Positions 53,726 through 60,901 of a DNA stretch of 60,901 bases are shown in pieces (the stretch's first letter is position 1; each line of letters starts with the position of its first letter). A program made the translations under genes and the position numbers. Origin of the DNA: Thermoplasmata archaeon (GTDB lineage: Archaea; Thermoplasmatota; Thermoplasmata; Thermoplasmatales; ARK-15); contig JBAMMA010000012.1 of assembly GCA_039794005.1 (NCBI GenBank), positions 1 to 60,901 on the forward strand, given 5' to 3'. The notes under the pieces are model-generated. The model had not been told where the DNA came from, ran no database searches, and saw nothing but the letters and a program-made list of their open reading frames with translations.

Positions 53726-55797
53726 CTTATATGTCCTAATGTGAATGAACCAATAATTAAACCCGTATTTGATGGTGTTACTTCAATCCAAGCTCTGCTC
53801 TGAACTTCCGTAATTCCCTTAACCTGTAAATATACTTTACCTCCTTCAACTTTGAATTCTATCATTCCATCCATCAAATATGAAACCATCTGTATTGTAT
53901 TTTCTTCATGCAGACCTTTTTCCAATAAGTATAGGCTCACGGCATTCTCCTTCTTCCTTTTTGTTGTGAAAGGCTGTAAAAATCTAACAACAGTTTGAGG
54001 CTCGGCGAAGGTTAAAATTGTCGATATACTTATAAATGCCAGCCTGTAATATTTATAGTTTTTCTTTATCTCAGATGCAAAATTATCAACTACCTCGGAA
54101 ATCTTCGCAAGATCTGTTTGAGAATCTAGGTATAAAACATCTTTCCTGTCCGTTTTTTCACCTATTGATTTTGAATATGCATCGATATACTTCACCAAAC
54201 CCTTTTCAACAAAAGAATCCCATGCAGGTAGCACGAATTTAATGTCCTTTTCAAATATATCCACCGTTTTGTCTATTAAAATTATTATGACCGGAATACC
54301 CTTTCTAACACCTTCCGCTAAGAATGAATAAATTAAAACTTCCTTTCCAGTATATGCAGGCCCATATATCAGTATGTTGGAGCCCAAAGGAAAACCTCCA
54401 TAGAGAAGGTCATCCAATCTTCTTGTCCCAGTCTTTACCTTCTCCTCCTTGATTTCAATCTGTACCTCCTCCTGTGCCATGGCAAGTTCCTTGTCAATTA
54501 ATCCCTTCTCCTTTGCTTCTAATTCTGCTTCTAATTCTCTTAAATATTTTTCTTTCGCCTTTAATTCTCGTTCTTTCTGTTTTATTAAATCCGCAAGATC
54601 TTGTATTTTATGCTCTGCCTCAAGTTTCTTAATCTCCTCCAATTCAAGCCTCTGAGATTCTAATTGCTTCATCTGTTCTTGCAACTTTTTCTCTCTATAC
54701 TGAAGATCTTGCTCCCTTCTCGCAAATTCCTCATCTTTATATTTCAGAGTCTTTTTAAGATCGTTCATCGCTTGTTCCATTGCCGCTAATTGACTTCTCA
54801 AATTGTCATTCTCCGCCCTTAATTTTTCATATTCGCTAGATTTAATTATATCATCTTTGGCCTTACTACCTTCAGCCAAGGCGTTCACCAAATTCGTTAA
54901 CCTTGTTATTTCATTTTTTAATGTTTCATTTTCCTGTTTTAATGCCTCCATCTCCAACGTGGAAATAATATTGTGATTTATTCCGCCATTATTTTTTAAT
55001 TCCTGTTCCTTCAAAGCTATTTCCTTAGAAGCTTTTTCAAGTTCTATCTCCATCTCTTTTAATTTTGCCTCCTCCTCAGCTAATTTACTTATTTTTTCGT
55101 CCTGATTTTTCACCCAGTCCTCCCAAATGTCTTTTTGAACCTTTAACCTGTTTTCAAATGATTCCAAATCCAGCTTCAATAAATTGTTTTCCGTTTTTAA
55201 TTCTTTTATCTTGTTTATTAATTCCCCATCTGTTGATACATTAATTTCTCTTTTCAATATCTCTAAAATGTTCTTTGTTTTCTGTAATTCTTTATTCAAT
55301 TCGCTAAGTTGTTTGTTTAAATTTACTATCTTTTCTGAATATTCTATTAAAACTTTTATAATATTGTTTGCATTTTTTAAATCATTCACCATCGCTATTT
55401 TATCCAGAATGTTTTTGAATGTTATTGTTAATTCCTTTTTGATATTTTCTAAATCCTGATACCTCCTCTTCAAGTCTTCTATGTTTTTCCTCAAAATTTC
55501 CTCCCTTTCACTAATCTTTTTTTGGGCCTCCTCTATATTCATTGTTTGAATATCCAGATCCAAATCTTCAAAAATGTTAGAAATTTCAGTCTTATTTTCA
55601 TTTATTGATAATTCCAATTCCTGTATATTTTTATTTATGTTATTGATAAGGTTTAAATTTGATTCTTCAAAAAATTTGTCCAATATTTCCTTTGCCAAAA
55701 GCTCTTCAAATTCTTCTTTTGTATATTTTCTATTACACTTTTTGCAAACCAAAGTATTTTCGTCTATTTCTCCACCACATTCTTTACACTTTACCAT
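53722..55797 (-). CDS. Zinc-ribbon + coiled-coil + KaiC/RAD55-like ATPase domain protein
   Basis: CKEC..CKKC; long heptad region; KTGTRRLDDLLYGG, GPAYTGKE, MDGMIEF. Confidence 0.82.
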   Translation of the reverse strand: MVKCKECGGEIDENTLVCKKCNRKYTKEEFEELLAKEILDKFFEESNLNLINNINKNIQELELSINENKTEISNIFEDLDLDIQTMNIEEAQKKISEREEILRKNIEDLKRRYQDLENIKKELTITFKNILDKIAMVNDLKNANNIIKVLIEYSEKIVNLNKQLSELNKELQKTKNILEILKREINVSTDGELINKIKELKTENNLLKLDLESFENRLKVQKDIWEDWVKNQDEKISKLAEEEAKLKEMEIELEKASKEIALKEQELKNNGGINHNIISTLEMEALKQENETLKNEITRLTNLVNALAEGSKAKDDIIKSSEYEKLRAENDNLRSQLAAMEQAMNDLKKTLKYKDEEFARREQDLQYREKKLQEQMKQLESQRLELEEIKKLEAEHKIQDLADLIKQKERELKAKEKYLRELEAELEAKEKGLIDKELAMAQEEVQIEIKEEKVKTGTRRLDDLLYGGFPLGSNILIYGPAYTGKEVLIYSFLAEGVRKGIPVIIILIDKTVDIFEKDIKFVLPAWDSFVEKGLVKYIDAYSKSIGEKTDRKDVLYLDSQTDLAKISEVVDNFASEIKKNYKYYRLAFISISTILTFAEPQTVVRFLQPFTTKRKKENAVSLYLLEKGLHEENTIQMVSYLMDGMIEFKVEGGKVYLQVKGITEVQSRAWIEVTPSNTGLIIGSFTLGHIR

Positions 55798-55799
55798 AA

Positions 55800-56015
55800 T
55801 CAAACTGTTGCGATTCTCAATATATTGCTTCCCCTAACAACCACCAATCCAAGCTTTTTGATTGAATCATTCATTTTTTCCTCTGTTTCTTTTATTATCA
55901 CGTTCATGTATTCGTCAAATCCTACTAGAACACCCTCTAAAACTCTATTATCCTTCATCAATATAGAAATCCTTTTGTTTAACATATCCTCAATAACTTT
56001 CATCGGCATTGCCAT
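55800..56015 (-). CDS. Sm-like (LSm) RNA-binding protein
   Basis: G.L.GFDEYMN, VVRGSNI; GAGGTGG RBS. Confidence 0.93.
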   Translation of the reverse strand: MAMPMKVIEDMLNKRISILMKDNRVLEGVLVGFDEYMNVIIKETEEKMNDSIKKLGLVVVRGSNILRIATV

Positions 56016-56025
56016 CTATACCACC

Positions 56026-56181
56026 TCACGTGTTTGGATATACATCTCTATCATTATCTTCATCATCATCAAATACCACTTGAACCAGTCCATACATCAT
56101 GGTTTTTATTTCATCAATTTCAGCCCTAAGTCTTTTTATCTCTTCGTTTAATCTCTCTATATCATTTTTTTTCTTTCTCAT
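56026..56181 (-). CDS. Small 51-aa coiled-coil protein with acidic tail (not in ORF track)
   Basis: MRKKKNDIERLNEEIKRLRAEIDEIKTMMYGLVQVVFDDDEDNDRDVYPNT; GGAGA RBS; fills the csl4-Sm gap. Confidence 0.75.
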   Translation of the reverse strand: MRKKKNDIERLNEEIKRLRAEIDEIKTMMYGLVQVVFDDDEDNDRDVYPNT

Positions 56182-56182
56182 C

Positions 56183-56773
56183 TTAATTATCTCCGATATC
56201 TCTATCCAAAAGTTTTATTTTAATATTTCCATATAATGTTGAAGTTTTCCTTGTCTCTATTCTATTGCATCTTTCACAGTATAAAACACTGTCCCTTTTA
56301 ATTAATTGATTTCTACATTTCATACAAAGCGCTTTTATTACACCCAATTCAGGTTCTGCGGTTGATAATTGTAATGATGGTTTTGATTTAATAACTCTAG
56401 CTCTTACAATATCGCCAATTCTAAACAATTTTCCAATATCCTCTACAAATTCCTGTTGAATCTTTGAGATGTGTATAACACCATCTTGCTTAGAACCAAC
56501 AATGGCTCTCTTTTCATTTTCAATCCATACTACAGAAACCAAAGCAAATTCTGTAAAAAGTTCATTAACTACCCCATATACAATCTGCCTCGGTTTTAAT
56601 TCTGGAACTGGATTCAATGGATGTATATTTATAGTCATATTGTTTCTGTCAATTTTTGCTATTCCAACAATTTTGGAATATAATTTCCCATTTTCTTCCA
56701 TTACGAAATGGCCCGGTATGAATTCTTCTATATTTCCCAGATAATCTCCTGGCAATACCAATTTCCCTTCCAC
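56183..56773 (-). CDS. csl4: Exosome RNA-binding subunit Csl4
   Basis: VLPGD.LG..EE, S1 domain GDIVRARV, LGVIKA.C..C...C..C..E.RK. Confidence 0.93.
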   Translation of the reverse strand: MEGKLVLPGDYLGNIEEFIPGHFVMEENGKLYSKIVGIAKIDRNNMTINIHPLNPVPELKPRQIVYGVVNELFTEFALVSVVWIENEKRAIVGSKQDGVIHISKIQQEFVEDIGKLFRIGDIVRARVIKSKPSLQLSTAEPELGVIKALCMKCRNQLIKRDSVLYCERCNRIETRKTSTLYGNIKIKLLDRDIGDN

Positions 56774-57415
56774 TTAAATCACCTTCGCCATATATAAGGA
56801 AATATCAATGTATTCTTTATCTTTTTTATGGAATTTATAATAGTATGGTATCTTTAATTTATAATTTTTTATTCTAAACAATCTAAAATCCTTTTTTTCA
56901 TAATTTTTAAAAACATTCTTTATATGATACTCCCCTTTACTTGTGTATATAAAATAAATTGAATTTGAAATATCCATGGCAGTTTTGAAAAATTTCATAT
57001 CCAGGCCTAGATTTTGATAACCAAATGGTGGGTTCATTATTGTAGTATCTACGTTTATGTTAAATTTTTCCACATCAATTTGATGATATTCTATATTCTT
57101 AACATTTAATTTAATTGCATTTTCAATGGCAATTTTTATAGAATCTGTGATCTCCACACAGTAAACTTTTTTAGCATTCATCAGTGAAGCCCCGATTGAA
57201 AATATTCCATTTCCACATCCCAGGTCTGCAACTACCTTTCCATATATGTCCGATATTGCAGTATATAAAATATCAACAACAATATCTATATCCGTAGAAT
57301 ACTGTTCAAAATATACATTTCTATTGCCCGTATCATTCAAATTTGATAATAATTTGACAATTTCATATTTCTTCAAAGTTTTCAACAAGTTCTTCTGTTC
57401 TATATTTGGTTCCAT
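56774..57415 (-). CDS. METTL5-family (N6-adenine) RNA methyltransferase
   Basis: EQY.T, DLGCGNG, MNPPFG. Confidence 0.88.
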   Translation of the reverse strand: MEPNIEQKNLLKTLKKYEIVKLLSNLNDTGNRNVYFEQYSTDIDIVVDILYTAISDIYGKVVADLGCGNGIFSIGASLMNAKKVYCVEITDSIKIAIENAIKLNVKNIEYHQIDVEKFNINVDTTIMNPPFGYQNLGLDMKFFKTAMDISNSIYFIYTSKGEYHIKNVFKNYEKKDFRLFRIKNYKLKIPYYYKFHKKDKEYIDISLYMAKVI

Positions 57416-57671
57416 AATTATCAAATACTTTAATTATCATTTTTGTATATTCCTCAGATTCTTTTTCATTGAAACCTTTTTCATTAAATATTTTTTTAAT
57501 GCTATTATATGCCCTTTGCCATTTCCATGTGCTTCTAGTATAATATGTTTTAATTAAAATTTGCAATACATCATAATCAACATTAATTTCTACCTTATCC
57601 TTAATTCTAGAGAACCAGATTTTGTAAATAAAATTAGGGAGTACTAAAGGTTCTTGCACCCTCTCTACCAT
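57363..57671 (-). CDS. Hypothetical protein
   Basis: 102-aa ORF with AGGTG RBS at the head of the METTL5-csl4 operon. Confidence 0.6.
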   Translation of the reverse strand: MVERVQEPLVLPNFIYKIWFSRIKDKVEINVDYDVLQILIKTYYTRSTWKWQRAYNSIKKIFNEKGFNEKESEEYTKMIIKVFDNYGTKYRTEELVENFEEI

Positions 57672-57875
57672 CTTAAAACACCTAGTAATTTATTTATGAA
57701 ATACACCTATTTAAATATTTTTAACGGAGAATTTTAAATTTTTTAATTTTCTTAACATTCCATCATATTATAATATTTATATGATAAAAATTCATTATTA
57801 AAAAAATATTATTTTTTTTAATAAATATCAAAAACAAAGAAAAAAAATTTTAATAATATTGCATTACATCAAATC

Positions 57876-59123
57876 ATGAAGGAATATTTTACAATGGACG
57901 ACTTTGATTTTACTGGTAAAAGGGTTTTGTTGAGGCTGGATCTAAATTCTCCCATAAATACTGAAACTGGAGAAATTACTGATGTATCAAGGTTTATTGC
58001 ACATCTTGATACAATAAAAAGATTATCCAATGCCAAAGTAGTTATTTTAGCACATCAGAGTAGGCCTGGTAAAAAGGATTTTATTACCACAAAAAATCAT
58101 GCAGATGTATTGTCAAGATTGTTGAGAAGACCTGTGGAATATGTTGATGGCCTTTTTGAAAATTTTGTATTAGAAAAAATTAGAAAAATGAAAGACGGTG
58201 AAATTTTATTATTGGAAAATACAAGGTTTTATTCAGAAGATGTTGTTCTGGCGGAAGAACCTTTATCCATCCAGAGAAAATCACATATTGTTAAAAGATT
58301 ATCCCCACTTTTCGATTATTTTGTAAATGATGCATTTGCAGCAATTCATAGACCTCAGACCACATTAGTTGGTTTTGCTGAAGATCTACCTAACGTTGCA
58401 GGTCTATTGATGGATAAAGAGATAACAATGCTAACAAGATTCTTGAATGATAATACTAGGCCCAAATTGGCCATTTTAGCCGGGGCAAAGGTAGATGATT
58501 CTCTTAAGGTTGCATTAAACTTTTTTGAAAAAAATGTTATAGATAAATTGATAGCTGGAGGTCTGGTGGCAAATCTTTTATTGATTGCAAGGGGCGTTAA
58601 TATCGGAAATGTAAATATTGAATTTCTTAAAAAAGAATTACCAGATTTTGAAAAATTATTGGATATTTCCAGGAATCTATTAAACAAATATGGTGAAAAA
58701 ATAATTTTACCGGTAGACTTCGCTATAAATAAAGACAATAAAAGATTTGAAATTAATATAGAAGAATTACCAATTGAATATCCAATTTACGATATTGGCC
58801 TCGATACAATAGAAATATTCAAAAGAGAAATAATCAAGGCAAAATCAATAATTCTGAATGGTCCAATGGGCGTTTATGAAATTCCGGATTTTTCATTGGG
58901 TACGGTTGAGATTTTCAAAACTGTTTCAGATGTAGACGCATTTAAGGTGGCAGGAGGAGGCCATACCATTTCAGTGATTTCCAAACTTGAACTGGAGAAG
59001 AAATTTACGCATGTAAGCACCGGTGGTGGTGCATTGATAAGCTTTTTATCCGGGGAAAATATGCCTGGATTAGATGCATTAAAATTATCTAAATCAAAAT
59101 TTTCAGGAGGTGATAAAAAATGA
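57876..59123 (+). CDS. pgk: Phosphoglycerate kinase
   Basis: RLDLNSP, AHQSRP, LLENTRF, NDAFAAIHR, HVSTGGGA. Confidence 0.97.
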   Translation: MKEYFTMDDFDFTGKRVLLRLDLNSPINTETGEITDVSRFIAHLDTIKRLSNAKVVILAHQSRPGKKDFITTKNHADVLSRLLRRPVEYVDGLFENFVLEKIRKMKDGEILLLENTRFYSEDVVLAEEPLSIQRKSHIVKRLSPLFDYFVNDAFAAIHRPQTTLVGFAEDLPNVAGLLMDKEITMLTRFLNDNTRPKLAILAGAKVDDSLKVALNFFEKNVIDKLIAGGLVANLLLIARGVNIGNVNIEFLKKELPDFEKLLDISRNLLNKYGEKIILPVDFAINKDNKRFEINIEELPIEYPIYDIGLDTIEIFKREIIKAKSIILNGPMGVYEIPDFSLGTVEIFKTVSDVDAFKVAGGGHTISVISKLELEKKFTHVSTGGGALISFLSGENMPGLDALKLSKSKFSGGDKK

Positions 59124-59359
59124 ATGCATATAGGATAGAAGGATATATTAAATTTGAGAAAAAATATATTCCAATTAGAAAAGAATTGGTAGCAAAGGAT
59201 GAAAAAGATGCCTTTGAAAAATTCTATTGTTTGATAGGTAGCAATTATGGAAAAAAGAGAAGAGAAATAAGGATAGAAAAAATTCAAATTATAAATCCAA
59301 AGGAATCTAGAAATCCAGTTGTTATGTATTATTATAAAAAAGGTGAGTTAAATGGATGA
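59120..59359 (+). CDS. rpl18a: 50S ribosomal protein eL20 (L18Ae/LX)
   Basis: A.EK.Y..IGS.Y..KRR.I.I pattern; canonical position before pfdA-ftsY. Confidence 0.85.
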   Translation: MNAYRIEGYIKFEKKYIPIRKELVAKDEKDAFEKFYCLIGSNYGKKRREIRIEKIQIINPKESRNPVVMYYYKKGELNG

Positions 59360-59792
59360 TGAGAAGATATTGAATCAATTGATCGAAACTGCTGAAATAT
59401 TGAAAAAACAGATAGAAGGTCTGAATATACAGATTGAACTTATAAAGGAACAAATAAACGAGCATTTAAACACGATAGAAACCCTAAAGGGATATAAAGA
59501 TACAACAGATGAATATATATATATTGATGCTGGATCTTCAACATATCTATTTTTTCAGGCCATGCCAAATAAAAATGCATTGATAAGGATAGGCTCTGAT
59601 GTCTATGTTGAGTATAATTTAGATAAAGCGATCGAGATATTGAATGAAAGAATCAATGATTTAAAATCTGTTGAAAACAAGGCCATAGAAGAAATAAATA
59701 AACTCAGTGACCAATACAATTCTGTACAGGATAAAATAGAAATGGTTTATTCCAGGTTATCCGGAAGGAATAGGAATGTTCAAGGGGCTTAA
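59352..59792 (+). CDS. pfdA: Prefoldin alpha subunit
   Basis: Coiled coil - beta hairpins (IGSDVYVE) - coiled coil; conserved synteny. Confidence 0.88.
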   Translation: MDDEKILNQLIETAEILKKQIEGLNIQIELIKEQINEHLNTIETLKGYKDTTDEYIYIDAGSSTYLFFQAMPNKNALIRIGSDVYVEYNLDKAIEILNERINDLKSVENKAIEEINKLSDQYNSVQDKIEMVYSRLSGRNRNVQGA

Positions 59793-60717
59793 GGAAAAGT
59801 TCAACATTTTCAAAAAGAAGGTGGAGGAGGAAAAAAAAGAGATTGTAAATGATGATTATTTTACTGAAGGGATTGGAAAAAAGATAAACGAAAAAAAGCT
59901 AGATGAAATTCTGGATGATCTGGTTTTATCCCTGGTTGAAAGTGATGTTGCCTATGATGTTGCAGAAGTAATAAGAAATAAAATTAAAGAAAAGGTATTA
60001 AATAAAAAAGTGAAATTTGGAACAGACATTGAAAATTTGATTAATTTGATATTAAAAGATACGTTGTTAGAAATATTGAACGTGGGGAATCTAAATATTG
60101 TTGAAACCGTTAAAAATGCACAAAAACCGTATGTAATAATGGTTTTGGGTGTAAACGGTACTGGGAAAACAACAAGCATAGCTAAACTTGCAAATCTATT
60201 TATTAAAAATAATTTATCAGTGGTTATAGCAGCCTCTGATACATTCAGGGCCGGGGCGATTGATCAGCTTGAACATCATTCCAAAAATTTAAATGTAACT
60301 TTAATAAAGCATCAACCAGGATCAGACCCGGCGAGTGTTGCATACGATGCGATAGAACACGCAAAATCTAAGGGCAAGCATGTTGTTATAATAGATACTG
60401 CTGGTAGAATGCAGACCAATAAAAATCTAATAGAAGAAATGAGAAAAATAAAAAGGGTGGCAAAGCCAAATTTGACGATTTTTGTGGGAGATGCCCTGGC
60501 CGGCAATGACATAATCGAACAGGCAAAGGTTTTTGAGAAAGAAGTTGGGTTTGATGCAATAATACTCACAAAGGTTGATGCAGATGCCAAAGGCGGAGGG
60601 ACTATTAGCCTGGCACATCTTCTAAAAAAACCAATCATATTTTTAGGGACTGGTCAAAATTATGATGATATATTATTCTTTAATCCTTCTGATATAGTTG
60701 AAAAGATTTTGGATTGA
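59776..60717 (+). CDS. ftsY: Signal recognition particle receptor FtsY
   Basis: GVNGTGKTT, DTFRAGA, DTAGR, TKVD, GTGQ. Confidence 0.97.
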   Translation: MFKGLKEKFNIFKKKVEEEKKEIVNDDYFTEGIGKKINEKKLDEILDDLVLSLVESDVAYDVAEVIRNKIKEKVLNKKVKFGTDIENLINLILKDTLLEILNVGNLNIVETVKNAQKPYVIMVLGVNGTGKTTSIAKLANLFIKNNLSVVIAASDTFRAGAIDQLEHHSKNLNVTLIKHQPGSDPASVAYDAIEHAKSKGKHVVIIDTAGRMQTNKNLIEEMRKIKRVAKPNLTIFVGDALAGNDIIEQAKVFEKEVGFDAIILTKVDADAKGGGTISLAHLLKKPIIFLGTGQNYDDILFFNPSDIVEKILD

Positions 60718-60901
60718 TTTATCATATTATATTAAATTTTTATAAAAAAGATTTTCAAATAATTATTTTGGAAACAGAATTTTTATATGTATAATTTTTG
60801 AAAATGTTTATCCTGTTTTAAATTTGCAAATAGTAATTTTCATTTCATATAAATTTTGAGCATTTTTATTTTTGTTCTTTAAATTTTAACTATCCATTTT
60901 T

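Overview
A very AT-rich archaeal chromosome segment, most likely from a Thermoplasmata lineage. Support comes from the Trm56-HD fusion, Hjc directly upstream of rps12, a coiled-coil KaiC/RAD55-type protein, thermopsin-type surface repeats and a repeat resembling Thermoplasma CRISPR repeats. Most of the window is housekeeping: rps12-rps7-EF2-EF1a-rps10, nurA-herA-mre11-rad50, csl4/Sm, pgk-rpl18a-pfdA-ftsY, tRNA-modification genes, AOR, purN and glpD. Seven features stand out. (1) The window edge appears to cut a CRISPR array at its leader-proximal repeat (27-53). (2) A 1624-aa helical-repeat protein ends in an Ig-like domain and a C4HC3 RING/PHD-type zinc finger. (3) A decayed patch at 17.6-19.7 kb joins a 5'-truncated fumarase and a 5'-truncated GT4 glycosyltransferase head-to-head at an apparent microhomology junction, next to an FkbM pseudogene. 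(4) A secreted, membrane-anchored protein fuses an S53 protease to a GH18 glycosidase-like domain. (5) A two-gene module encodes a VirD4/HerA-like ATPase fused to a CoiA-like PD-(D/E)xK nuclease, with no mobile-element genes nearby, upstream of the double-strand-break (DSB) repair operon. (6) A zinc-ribbon/coiled-coil protein carries a degenerate KaiC-like ATPase. (7) A 51-aa ORF between csl4 and Sm is missing from the ORF track. All family calls come from motif recognition; no searches were run.
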